Part shown: piece after piece, positions 20,734 through 31,058 of the stretch
Layout of the letters: the number at the start of each line of letters is the position of its first letter
How positions within the stretch are numbered: the first letter of the stretch is position 1
NCBI GenBank assembly: GCA_964632315.1
Contig: CAZWEM010000022.1
Span: forward strand, 1-63,108
Reading direction: 5' to 3'
Origin: an uncultured archaeon
Lineage (GTDB): Archaea > Asgardarchaeota > Lokiarchaeia > Sigyniarchaeales > SOKP01
DNA: 63,108 bases
Notes under the pieces: model-generated
Seen by the model: the letters and a program-made list of their open reading frames with translations, nothing else
Databases searched by the model: none
What the model was told of the DNA's origin: nothing
Made by a program: the position numbers and the translations under genes

Positions 20734-21786
20734 TTATTGGGAATTTTTTACTTCTTTTATGACATTATACGTCCTATACAACAATTCATAGGCTACTTGA
20801 GGTGGATTCCAACCTTTAAGGCCACAATCTGGTCCAACAAATTTTAATCTATCTCCATAATGCTCTATTGCCTTAATTAAATTACTTTTTATAAATTCTT
20901 TTGAATCAATTAAACTCATAGTACCTTGAAAGGTTTTTAAATCGTCATAGTGTGTTCCTGCATCCAGCTTTTCAGCTAGAATGCTATTAATATTCGTTCT
21001 GGTTATACCCACTCTTATGAATTTATCATGAAGATCTAGTTCTTTCTTAGGGATAACGTTGGAGTGATCTGATGCATATTCACAAGTTAAAACATCTATT
21101 TTTTCTGATTGAATAGGTATGTGATATTTAGATAAGGTATGGAGGTGAATTTGTACAATTCCTTTAATATTTTCTACAGTTTTTTCAAAAGTGCTTATTA
21201 GTTCATCATCTTGGATATTAAACATATCCACATATCCAAAAGAGGGTTCATCTATCGAAATAACTTTTGAATTTAAATATTTAGTTTCCTTAATTGAATT
21301 TTTTAGAAAAGAATTCAGTGATTTCGCAAAATTTAAAGCTATGTCAGGATAAATCGTAAAGCCTAACTTTTTGATATATAACTCAATTGGACCAGTTATA
21401 CAGATTTTAATTTCGAGTGGTTTGTGGTATCTTTCATAGTAATCTTTAGAAAAATTCTCTAAAACTAGAAGCTCAGGAATCCAAGCTTTTTTTGGATCGA
21501 TTAAAGAGGTTTGGATTTCATAATCATTTATAGGTTTCAAAAATTGAGTATACATATCCATGTGTTGGGGGTAATTAATTATCTCAACTCCAGCATTTAA
21601 TTTCAGTTGGAATGATTGGAGAAAAGGATGGATAAAAAAATTGTAAATCCCTCTATTTTCAAAAATATTTGCTCCATTTATTACACCCATATATGCATTC
21701 CAATAAAACTGCTTGAATTTTTCTCCATCAATATAGTTAGGGAGTGGAAAACTTCCTACGTCATCAAATTTTGGAAACTCATTCAT
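20734..21786 (-). CDS. Core (single-barrel) cobalamin-independent methionine synthase-like protein
   Basis: DVGSFP, ITGP, IDEP, HLH, CEY, GPDCGL. Confidence 0.75.
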   Translation of the reverse strand: MNEFPKFDDVGSFPLPNYIDGEKFKQFYWNAYMGVINGANIFENRGIYNFFIHPFLQSFQLKLNAGVEIINYPQHMDMYTQFLKPINDYEIQTSLIDPKKAWIPELLVLENFSKDYYERYHKPLEIKICITGPIELYIKKLGFTIYPDIALNFAKSLNSFLKNSIKETKYLNSKVISIDEPSFGYVDMFNIQDDELISTFEKTVENIKGIVQIHLHTLSKYHIPIQSEKIDVLTCEYASDHSNVIPKKELDLHDKFIRVGITRTNINSILAEKLDAGTHYDDLKTFQGTMSLIDSKEFIKSNLIKAIEHYGDRLKFVGPDCGLKGWNPPQVAYELLYRTYNVIKEVKNSQ

Positions 21787-21818
21787 TTCAAATAGATTTA
21801 ATTAAAGATTATATTGGA

Positions 21819-23741
21819 TTAGAAAGTGTAGTATTTCTTAATTAAATAATCTAATTTTTTACCATCAATATCAAAATATTGATAAAATAAATCATCGATA
21901 ATCGAACGGAAATAGTTGATGTCAAATGATTCAATAGCTTTTGAAAATTTATCTCTTTTAATTAACAATATTTCATTAAGCATCTCAAAGATATCATATA
22001 ACTTTTTTTTTGAGTTTAGATTGACAGAATTTGTGTTTAAAACTAACCATTTTGAGATCTTCTCGATTAGTGGCACTATAGAATCTTTTTTTGTAGTTAA
22101 ATCTCCAATTATCATTGGAAGAGGTATTTCTTTCTCCAGTTTTGTTTTGCTTCTTTTTAACGTTAAACTCTTAGATTTGAAAATGAATCTTACGACACTT
22201 GAATTAAGATAGGCCAAAAGGAAGTAGATATTGTAAGTTTCTTTCTGTATAGGCCATAAAAAATACGTATCAGAAGTAGCATAATATTCACCAGCACAAA
22301 ACCCAAATACATTCTCTTGGGAGATGAATTTAAAGATAATTTTCGGGTATGAATCATACAGCTCTTCGAGATCTAACAACTTTTTATGACTTTTTTGTTT
22401 TATATGGCTACCTCTACGTGGATAGTATATATTTTCGGGATTCTCACTTGCGTTTTTCAATATTTCCTTTAATTGGTTGTTATATTGTTCTAGATAACCA
22501 ATTAAGTTGGGATATTCTTGATAGGTTTGTTGATTAATTTTTGTATTATTTTTATTAAAATATATTAATAATCCTTCAAGATCCTCTTCATTATACCCAT
22601 ATGCCTTAATCGCACGGCTTTTATATACTTTTTTTATCCTTTTGATTTCCCTCGAGTTTAACTGCTTAAATTGTCCTCCTAGTTTTATAAATACTCCTTT
22701 TTCATCGAATACGATATCTTTTCTTTCTTTTAGTATGAAAATGTCATCCTTAATCAGGATTAAACCATTCCGGATTAAAAATTTATCTCCTAGATATTGA
22801 ACCCTACCACCTTTGTAACACATGCTTTCTATCTTTAGATTCATTTCTTTGACTATATTTGGATAGAGTATATGCCAATTTTGCTTTAATGCAAGATCGT
22901 TATTACTCAAAGCGGAAGTATACTTTTTGTACGTAACATCTTTTTTATTAGATATCAGTCTTTCTAAGGCTTTCTTATTATATTGTTCATCTGGTAGGTC
23001 TAAAATCGTATTTTTCCCAAAATGAAGGATTTCGATAGGACGATCAATCTTGTTATTTCTTTCATAGGATGTTTTCTTTTGCAATACAAAAATGCAGTTA
23101 TGTTGACCTTGGGCATCTTTAAATATCCGAAGATTTGATAGATCAATATATTGGACCAGATAACATTCTTTAGTGATATGGGGCTTAAGGAATTTTACTC
23201 CTGTTTTTTTAGATTTAGATAACCAATAATTTGTTGTTATAAATGATAGGTAACCTCTAGGTTTTAACTTGAGTATTCCAAGATGAATAAAAAAATAAAA
23301 TAAATCCATGTTTCCAACAAAATATTTAGATAAGGATGAGTAATTCTTTACTATATCATGAAACAGTTCGGCATTATAATTTTGTCCTAAATATGGTGGA
23401 TTACCTATTATAATGTCAAATTTCTCCTCAGGTTGAGATCCAAGAAAGTCTTCAAACTTAAAATTAACATTAGGAAATTTAAGTTCCAAATCTTCTTTTA
23501 ATCCAGAATCTAGTTCATAGGCTGTAATGTTTTTGAAGTTATTTTCAATTAATTTTTCGATAAATATACCTTCGCCCGAAGATGGTTCCAAAATTTTTAG
23601 ATTTTCTATGCTTTGCTCCCTTTCACCAAGGCTAGACCTCATATTGATTAAATTTTTTACCATAAAATCAGCAATATAACTTGGGGTGAAGATTTGGGCT
23701 AGGGTCTTGGAAGATTTAGCATTATTATTTTCTATTACCAT
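21819..23741 (-). CDS. N6-adenine DNA methyltransferase (TaqI/Eco57I-like, gamma class)
   Basis: QIFTP, LEPSSGEG, GNPPY, YLNS target-recognition tail. Confidence 0.88.
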   Translation of the reverse strand: MVIENNNAKSSKTLAQIFTPSYIADFMVKNLINMRSSLGEREQSIENLKILEPSSGEGIFIEKLIENNFKNITAYELDSGLKEDLELKFPNVNFKFEDFLGSQPEEKFDIIIGNPPYLGQNYNAELFHDIVKNYSSLSKYFVGNMDLFYFFIHLGILKLKPRGYLSFITTNYWLSKSKKTGVKFLKPHITKECYLVQYIDLSNLRIFKDAQGQHNCIFVLQKKTSYERNNKIDRPIEILHFGKNTILDLPDEQYNKKALERLISNKKDVTYKKYTSALSNNDLALKQNWHILYPNIVKEMNLKIESMCYKGGRVQYLGDKFLIRNGLILIKDDIFILKERKDIVFDEKGVFIKLGGQFKQLNSREIKRIKKVYKSRAIKAYGYNEEDLEGLLIYFNKNNTKINQQTYQEYPNLIGYLEQYNNQLKEILKNASENPENIYYPRRGSHIKQKSHKKLLDLEELYDSYPKIIFKFISQENVFGFCAGEYYATSDTYFLWPIQKETYNIYFLLAYLNSSVVRFIFKSKSLTLKRSKTKLEKEIPLPMIIGDLTTKKDSIVPLIEKISKWLVLNTNSVNLNSKKKLYDIFEMLNEILLIKRDKFSKAIESFDINYFRSIIDDLFYQYFDIDGKKLDYLIKKYYTF

Positions 23742-23800
23742 CTAAATATAAATTTGGGATGAAAATCTATAAAGTTGTTGTTTAAAAAAAGAATATTAAA

Positions 23801-25324
23801 TTATTCATCGTGATGATGGTGATGATGTCCCGATATGTTAACCGGTTGTAGATTTCCGATTGCCCATCCTACAACTTCATTTAGAGATGGATGGATGACC
23901 ATAGATTTATAAATCGGCATAAACGAACCTGCTTCTGGACACGCCTTTTCCACTGATGGGATATCTACTCTCCCTCTATAATCGGGTAGTTCACATGTAT
24001 ATCCAGAATTCATCAAGTAAACGAATGGTTGTACTAAAATGGCAGCGTTAGGTCCGATCACGTGAGCACCTAAGATTTTATAGGTTTTATCCACCACCAA
24101 CTTCACAAACCCATCATCAGGATCATTCTTTTCATACCCCATAGCGAATCCTTTAGCCACACTCGAATAATTTTTGATCGCAATATAAATTTCATACCCT
24201 TTTTCTAATGCCTCAGCTTGAGTCATCCCAACATGTCCAATTTGGGGATATGAAAAGATTGCCCAAGGTACAGCCGAATAATCAGCTTCCTTTTTCTCAT
24301 CGGGAGGCCCAAACATATTATTTACACATAATTCAGCTTCATAGTTCGCCTTATGGCGAAATTGATAAATTCCATTTGCATCACCAATACACCATATATT
24401 TTCCTTAGATGTTTCCAAATATTGATTAGTTTTTATCCATCCTCTCTTGTCAATTTCTACTCCCGTATTTTCAACTTTTAACAAATCTGCATTTGAACTC
24501 CGTCCGGTAGCTACAAGTATTTCTTCAGCTTGAATCTCAATTTCTTTATCAGTATTCACATTTAGAAGGGTTACAACCTTCATATTTTTCTTAGATTCTA
24601 CTCTAACTGCTTTATGATTGACATAAACTTGCATGTATCTTTTAAAATTTTCCTCTAAAAATTTACTTACTTCAGGCTCCTCGGTTGTTGCCAGACGTGG
24701 AAGCATCTCTACTATTGTTACCTGCGTTCCAGCGGAACTAAATATGTGGGCAAATTCCGAAGCTATGATGCCACCTCCAATTATGATTAGACTTTTCCAC
24801 GGTTTTTCTGGAAATTTATCCCCAAAAAAGTTTTCATTAGTAATGAAATCCACATCTTTCAGCCCTTCAATAGGAGGAATGAATGAACGCGCTCCAGACG
24901 CTAATACGAACTTTTCTCCTTTAAAGTGGCCAATTATGTCTCCCGACTTCACTGATTTTACTTGCATCTCATACTCTCCAATGAATTCCCCAACACCTTT
25001 ATATAAGTCTAAATTTGATACTTCAGAAAGTCCTTCTTCAATATCATTGCTCTCGTTAATTTGAGACCACATCCTGCGAGATATTAGCTTCCAATCAATA
25101 TCCTTTGTTTCAAACTTAATCCCCACTTTAGGAGCATGTTCTGATTCCCGAATTAAATCTGCTGGATATACCAATATTTTAGATGGAATACATCCACGAG
25201 TTAAACAAGTGCCTCCTATCTTAGTATTCTCAACTAGAGCACAGTCAAGTCCCATTTGTAATCCATAATTCAAAATGCTGAGGGCTGATCCCGACCCCAC
25301 GATGACCAGGTCATATTTTTTCAT
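23801..25324 (-). CDS. Pyridine nucleotide-disulfide oxidoreductase (Lpd/mycothione reductase-like)
   Basis: GGTCLTRGCIPSK, GGGIIA, GD, RHKANYEA, HPSLNE. Confidence 0.88.
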   Translation of the reverse strand: MKKYDLVIVGSGSALSILNYGLQMGLDCALVENTKIGGTCLTRGCIPSKILVYPADLIRESEHAPKVGIKFETKDIDWKLISRRMWSQINESNDIEEGLSEVSNLDLYKGVGEFIGEYEMQVKSVKSGDIIGHFKGEKFVLASGARSFIPPIEGLKDVDFITNENFFGDKFPEKPWKSLIIIGGGIIASEFAHIFSSAGTQVTIVEMLPRLATTEEPEVSKFLEENFKRYMQVYVNHKAVRVESKKNMKVVTLLNVNTDKEIEIQAEEILVATGRSSNADLLKVENTGVEIDKRGWIKTNQYLETSKENIWCIGDANGIYQFRHKANYEAELCVNNMFGPPDEKKEADYSAVPWAIFSYPQIGHVGMTQAEALEKGYEIYIAIKNYSSVAKGFAMGYEKNDPDDGFVKLVVDKTYKILGAHVIGPNAAILVQPFVYLMNSGYTCELPDYRGRVDIPSVEKACPEAGSFMPIYKSMVIHPSLNEVVGWAIGNLQPVNISGHHHHHHDE

Positions 25325-25526
25325 AGTTATTCCTTAACGATTCAATCTTGGTTTTAAACATTAAACATATATTTAATTTTTAAATATTTTGTATATAATT
25401 TAATAATCTTCATTGATTTGGAAATCAAAATAACATTCTTTTCTCACTACGATACGAATGAGCATGCATCGCGCTTAACTTAGTGGTGTATGGAATACAC
25501 ACTATATTAGATAATAAGCATCAAGC

Positions 25527-26243
25527 TTAATTACCTAATGTTAGAATACTCAAGTAGAGAAAAATCAGAGATATTACAGCAATTAATATACATAATTGCC
25601 CAACGCCATCAATACCCAATTTGACAGCAAGGGTTTTTTTACCTGTTTTTAAATCTACCTCATAATCTCCGACATCTTGGTATGGCACTAAAGCAAATAC
25701 TAATAGAAAAGCGAATATTACAAAAAAGAGGGTTGAAATTGTGAAGGTCCATCCCTGTGCTAAGAAAACCCATAAAAGTGCCATAGCATATGAAAATGCA
25801 GGGGAAGCTTCGTGTCCTAATGGGATTTTTTCTGAGACGTAATTTGAAAAGATGATTACAGGGATTAAAGGGATAAAGATGTAAATAAGTTGCCATGCGA
25901 AAAAAAGTTGTAACGTAGCAAATCCTAACGCTATAATTGTAAAAATTCTCCCAACAATTTGTAAGGATTTGATTTTTAATATTCCGTCTCGTATTACCCC
26001 CACGCCTCCAGATTCTTTATCATAACCAGCCAACCAGTCTGATGCTTCATCCCGATAATGAACACCAATTCCTGCTGTTATTATGGTGATAAATGAAAAA
26101 ATAAGCGTAAGAACATCAATAATATTCCCAAGATTATTAACACCGATGATTAAACCTCCAATACCTAAAATTACATACGAAACTAAGAACTTTGGTCTGA
26201 TAGCTTTAATCCAGCCTATTACTTGTTGTTTTTTAGTTGTCAT
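25527..26243 (-). CDS. UbiA-family prenyltransferase (MenA/UBIAD1-like)
   Basis: IRPKFL, DEASDWLAGYD and QDVGDYEVDLKTGKKTL Asp-rich motifs, multiple TM. Confidence 0.8.
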   Translation of the reverse strand: MTTKKQQVIGWIKAIRPKFLVSYVILGIGGLIIGVNNLGNIIDVLTLIFSFITIITAGIGVHYRDEASDWLAGYDKESGGVGVIRDGILKIKSLQIVGRIFTIIALGFATLQLFFAWQLIYIFIPLIPVIIFSNYVSEKIPLGHEASPAFSYAMALLWVFLAQGWTFTISTLFFVIFAFLLVFALVPYQDVGDYEVDLKTGKKTLAVKLGIDGVGQLCILIAVISLIFLYLSILTLGN

Positions 26244-26410
26244 GATCTATTCAATTATCCTTAAAAAATATCAATCTGGAATACATGATACCAATTGTAT
26301 TTTTTATTTTACTCCTAATAATTTATAAACATATAATCAAGTAATGTAGTTCTTATATTGCTTCTTAATTATATTATAATAAAAGAGTTTCTTCATATTT
26401 ACATCTTAAA

Positions 26411-27640
26411 ATGAGTCAAAAAGTAATTATTGTTGGGGCTGGGCCAGTAGGATTATTGTTAGCAAATCTTTTAGGTTCAAAAAATATAGAGACTCTGATA
26501 TTAGAAAAGGATCTCACGAGGAACGCTTGGTCAAAGGCGATTGGAATTACGCCTCCTTCAATGGAAATATTGAATAAGCTAAGCTTATCTCAAATTTTTA
26601 TCAAAAATGGAATTATTGGAAAAAGAGCTACATTTTTTGGGAATAAAGTTCGATTAGGATCAATGAAAATTAAAGAAATTAAATCAAAATTTCCATTTGT
26701 TCTCTCTTTGCCCCAATATATTACTGAACAAATCTTAGAAAATAATCTAAAAAAATTTCCTTGTGTTACTTTTTTGCGAGGATATAAAGTAGTTGACATA
26801 AAGAAACTTGAAAATTCCTATTCAATTAGTTGCCATCATATTGCACAATCTAAGGACGTTAGCTTTCAAGCAGAGATTATATGTGCATGCGATGGTGATA
26901 AATCTTTCATCCGAAGTAAATTAAATATAACTTTTTTAGGTTATTATTTCAAGCCTACATTCATTATGGGAGATTATTTTGATACTTTTCCTTTTAATCA
27001 AGATGCTGTATTATGGTTTACTAAAAAAGGAAGTGTAGAGTCTTTTCCATTACCAGAAAAGAAAAGAAGATGGATCATTCAAACATATAAGTTTATTGAA
27101 AACCCAAAAGTAGGATTTTTTGAAAAAATAATTTTCAAGAGAACTAGTTTTGACTTGAATCGAAGAGATAAAATTTCTGAAAATCCTTTTGGCATTCAAA
27201 GATTTTTAGCAAATTCTTATTGGAAAGATAAAGTATTTTTGTGCGGGGATGCAGCTCACACAATGCCTCCGATTGGCGGTCAAGGCATGAATACTGGGTT
27301 TGCTGATGCTGAATTTTTAGCAGTAATAATTTACACTTATCTACGTTATCATGAAGTGAATCTCGAATTTCTTGCAGGTAAATATGAATATTATCGAAAG
27401 ATTGCTGCAAAATCTGCAACTCTAAGAGCTGATTTCGGCATGAGAATTGGGACTGCCCGAAATTCATTATTTTCTTTAATTCGTTCTGCAATTTTAATTA
27501 TATTACTCCATCTACCAATATCACGCTTAGTTATCCCATTTTTTACAATGACGAATATTCCTTACAATAGACTATTTAAAGTTCTAGATAAAGAGAATAT
27601 ATTTAAATTAGCAACCAAGAAAAATGAAAAAAAAGGTTAA
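26411..27640 (+). CDS. FAD-dependent monooxygenase (group A aromatic hydroxylase family)
   Basis: GAGPVG, CDG, GDAAH.MPPIGGQGMNTG. Confidence 0.88.
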   Translation: MSQKVIIVGAGPVGLLLANLLGSKNIETLILEKDLTRNAWSKAIGITPPSMEILNKLSLSQIFIKNGIIGKRATFFGNKVRLGSMKIKEIKSKFPFVLSLPQYITEQILENNLKKFPCVTFLRGYKVVDIKKLENSYSISCHHIAQSKDVSFQAEIICACDGDKSFIRSKLNITFLGYYFKPTFIMGDYFDTFPFNQDAVLWFTKKGSVESFPLPEKKRRWIIQTYKFIENPKVGFFEKIIFKRTSFDLNRRDKISENPFGIQRFLANSYWKDKVFLCGDAAHTMPPIGGQGMNTGFADAEFLAVIIYTYLRYHEVNLEFLAGKYEYYRKIAAKSATLRADFGMRIGTARNSLFSLIRSAILIILLHLPISRLVIPFFTMTNIPYNRLFKVLDKENIFKLATKKNEKKG

Positions 27641-28191
27641 TTTGGAAATGCAATACATTTCAATTTCATTCCGATAAGACCAAGTAGCATTGCACATACT
27701 ACACAGAAAAAGCTAATAATCAGTAAGGGGATCAATATCGTATCGATTGGTAAAAAGAAGCTGATCACTCCTATCGTAATTGCTAGTGCTAAGAAAATCG
27801 AACCGATAATCATTTTTTTTACATGTTGAATTGTTATGTATCTCTTGAATCTTATCTTTCCATCAAGAATTCCAGCCATTAAAGTCATATCAACAAAAAT
27901 TGGAAGCGACACATTAAGTATACCTATGCTATAAAGAATTTGAGTTCTATAGAATGTTGGAAATATCAATGTAAGTATTGTAAGAATAAAGGAAAACGCA
28001 CTGAATCCTACTGCAAAATGGGTCAATATGGGATGAATTTCAAGATCTAAAATCCTTTTCCGTTTTTCTGCGACTTTTTCTTTATATGGTTCAAAAGCAG
28101 TCTTTGGAACACCACAAGCTGGACATTTATCTCCCAATTTACTTTCCTTGATAATGTATCCACAAACCTTGCATCTTAACAATTGTGCCAT
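27637..28191 (-). CDS. Rubredoxin-like domain fused to a 4-TM (DUF2231-like) membrane domain
   Basis: CKVC...CPAC, HPILTHF, four hydrophobic helices. Confidence 0.75.
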   Translation of the reverse strand: MAQLLRCKVCGYIIKESKLGDKCPACGVPKTAFEPYKEKVAEKRKRILDLEIHPILTHFAVGFSAFSFILTILTLIFPTFYRTQILYSIGILNVSLPIFVDMTLMAGILDGKIRFKRYITIQHVKKMIIGSIFLALAITIGVISFFLPIDTILIPLLIISFFCVVCAMLLGLIGMKLKCIAFPN

Positions 28192-28393
28192 AATTAGCTA
28201 TTATACGGTTTCCTTTTATAAAATTATTGCTTTTAAATCTTAGAGTTAATCCTATAACTCAGTTCAAATCTTCTGGAGCATTATTAGTTATCAAAATATT
28301 TATCTTGTTTTTGTTTACCTATATAATTAATTTTAGGGGCCAGAGAAGATTGCAGAAAAAAATTGACATATAATATTAAAAAAATAAAAAATT

Positions 28394-30100
28394 TTAGTTA
28401 TTTACATTATCTTGAGATTCAGATTCTTCCATATCATCATATCCTATAGAATATAATTTCTCTGCCTTTTCAGGATGATGAGCAGTTACTTTAGATGTGA
28501 ACCAAAATACTGCAATAACTGTAAATAAAACAATTCCAAATACTATAAAAATACGATCAATTGCTATAGGAGTGGGATTAGTGCTTGCTCCTGGAACAGG
28601 CAAGATTCCAAATATCGTGTATGGTGCTCTGGCGGATTCTCTCGTATACCCCATTACGACAACAATGAACATTCCCACAACTCCTGCTAGTATCCCAGCA
28701 TATCTCGATATTTTCGAGAGACGTCCCCATTCACCTTCTTTCATCTTTTTTAGCATCTTTATATCAATAGCAACAATTAAAATCCCAATAATCATTAACC
28801 CCAGTAAAGCGATATATTTGATACCCATAATTCCAAGGGGATTAAAAACAGAATTAGACCCAAATTCAAAGACCTCATCTACTGGTGGATTTCCAATGAT
28901 GAACCATGATGGTTGCACCAGAAAAAAAGCACAAATCGCACTAAGGATTAGAAACCAGTTGAATAATTTTTTATATTTCGCATTCTCTTCCCGATTAAGG
29001 ATTTCTTCTTTTCTATCAATGTAGTATACGAGAATAATTAGAAATAGTGCTGATAAAAGAGATACCATGAGTAACATTTCCCATGCTCTAGGACCATGCA
29101 TCATCATCTGAAAAGCAGGATTCACCGAATAAAAAAGTTGATTCAGATACAATAATCCTAATATTGGTTGAAAAACAAGACCGAATAGCCCCCACATCAT
29201 ACCCCATGAACCAACCCAGTCCCAATATTTCTTGGAGGCAATATCTGGACGATCTTTATAATGAAACATTGCTAATAAGACTATTATAAAGCCAAAAACA
29301 GAAATTGCAGCAGCAAAACGATGCCATGTTAAATACCACGTTGTAGGATTAAACCACCATGAAAATAAATCATTTACAGACATTGTAATTAAACCATTAC
29401 TTGTAAATGTTACTGTGGGAGCTCCTGGGGTTAGCATCCCCGCTGCAACCATATTGATAAATAAGACTTGAAAAAATACTGTGACAGCATAGCCGTATCC
29501 AAGAACCTGATGATACTTAGTCTTAATTTTATCCCATGAGAACCAGTATGTATAGAGAAAAAACACTTCCATGAAGAATGTAATTGCTTCGGCGAATAAA
29601 GGCCACCAATAAATGTGAAAAATATTTGTAGCAAGATTAGGAACAAGTACAATGAAGAAGAGTACTCCTGCTGTGGCAAATGTGGTTCCTAAACTAAATA
29701 ACATTACATTAAATAGCGTTATTGATCGAGCTAATCGATTAAATCTACTTGTACCATTTTTAATAAACATGGTTTCAGAGGTTACAGCAACCCAAGATCC
29801 TCCTAAATGGAGATTTGCATATAAAACATGCGAGAGCATTACAAAGGCTATAGCTATCGAACGGCCATAAATACCCAACAATTCCTGAATCGGTAAATTT
29901 GATTCATACTGCCCGGGAAGATTATCAACAGGGGGCATAACTTGAGTTGAAGATATTAATCCTCCTTGAAGGGGAACAAATACAAATGCTAGTATTATAA
30001 TGTATATTGTGAAAGCTAGGATAATGATTAATAATTTTTTTTGATTAATTTTGGAAAGCATATTTTCTTTAATGGATGGTTGTTCAAGTTCGTTTTTCAT
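28394..30100 (-). CDS. Cytochrome bd oxidase subunit I (CydA) superfamily protein
   Basis: SHVLYANL (heme His), FAEAITFFME (two Glu), WHRF (heme His), MGYTRESARAPY (cf. GRQPW); many TM. Confidence 0.8.
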   Translation of the reverse strand: MKNELEQPSIKENMLSKINQKKLLIIILAFTIYIIILAFVFVPLQGGLISSTQVMPPVDNLPGQYESNLPIQELLGIYGRSIAIAFVMLSHVLYANLHLGGSWVAVTSETMFIKNGTSRFNRLARSITLFNVMLFSLGTTFATAGVLFFIVLVPNLATNIFHIYWWPLFAEAITFFMEVFFLYTYWFSWDKIKTKYHQVLGYGYAVTVFFQVLFINMVAAGMLTPGAPTVTFTSNGLITMSVNDLFSWWFNPTTWYLTWHRFAAAISVFGFIIVLLAMFHYKDRPDIASKKYWDWVGSWGMMWGLFGLVFQPILGLLYLNQLFYSVNPAFQMMMHGPRAWEMLLMVSLLSALFLIILVYYIDRKEEILNREENAKYKKLFNWFLILSAICAFFLVQPSWFIIGNPPVDEVFEFGSNSVFNPLGIMGIKYIALLGLMIIGILIVAIDIKMLKKMKEGEWGRLSKISRYAGILAGVVGMFIVVVMGYTRESARAPYTIFGILPVPGASTNPTPIAIDRIFIVFGIVLFTVIAVFWFTSKVTAHHPEKAEKLYSIGYDDMEESESQDNVNN

Positions 30101-30344
30101 ATTGATAACCTCTAAATAATAAAAGATGACATTCTTCTAAATTTAAATCTTTCTGTTAAAATGTCAAAATTCCCCTAATAATTCTTCTATAAATTGGACC
30201 CTTATCTTCTTTAGATATGGATGTTCGTTAATTATCCAATAGATTTATAGTTCTATAATCCAAATCTTTATTATTCTAACAAATCTTTTTAATTCATCAA
30301 TTTACAGCTTAAAGAATATTAAACTAAGAAAGGAAGAAAAAATA

Positions 30345-30950
30345 GTGGTAGAAGCGATAGATACTCTAGATTTAGTATTCGTTAATAGTTTAATGAAACG
30401 GATGATGTTAAAGTATTTTGAAATGATTACATTCAAAAAATTTCTGAAATCCCATGAAATACGTTTAGCAAATAAAACAATTTTGGATGCTGGATGTGGT
30501 TCAGGGTATGGATTGCAATTAATTGAAGAAAATTTCCATCCCTCAAATCTTTATGGCTTCGATATTTTGCCCGAGCAAGTTCTCAGAGCTCAAGAAAGAA
30601 AATTAGAAGCTAAAATATCTACTGGAAACATCACAAATATAAAATTTCCTTCAGAAATGTTTGATGCGGTATTTGTTTTTACTGTTCTTCATCATATTCC
30701 TGATTATCCTCTTGCTTTGAAAGAAATTAGTAGGATTCTAAAACCAGGAGGAGTCCTTTTAATTGATGAACTAAATAAACGGTTAATTGATTTTTTTGAT
30801 AAATTTCTAGGGGTTAAGCATCCAGAAAAATCGAGATTTGAATGGTCAGAATTATTAAGGGCTATGGATGATGCAGATTTGATAATTCTTTCCAAAAAAA
30901 CTCTCTTTATTGGATTTGGTTTATTTTTGTGTCAAAAAGGAAAGATTTAA
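30345..30950 (+). CDS. Class I SAM-dependent methyltransferase (UbiE/MenG-like fold)
   Basis: LDAGCGSG, FDAV, LHH, RILKPGG. Confidence 0.85.
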   Translation: MVEAIDTLDLVFVNSLMKRMMLKYFEMITFKKFLKSHEIRLANKTILDAGCGSGYGLQLIEENFHPSNLYGFDILPEQVLRAQERKLEAKISTGNITNIKFPSEMFDAVFVFTVLHHIPDYPLALKEISRILKPGGVLLIDELNKRLIDFFDKFLGVKHPEKSRFEWSELLRAMDDADLIILSKKTLFIGFGLFLCQKGKI

Positions 30951-31058
30951 AAATTTAATCTTTAAGTTTAATAATGAACATTCTATCAATAATAAATAAA
31001 AAATGAATTAAAAAATATCAAATATTAATTAAATAAAAATTAAAGAGGGATACCATTA

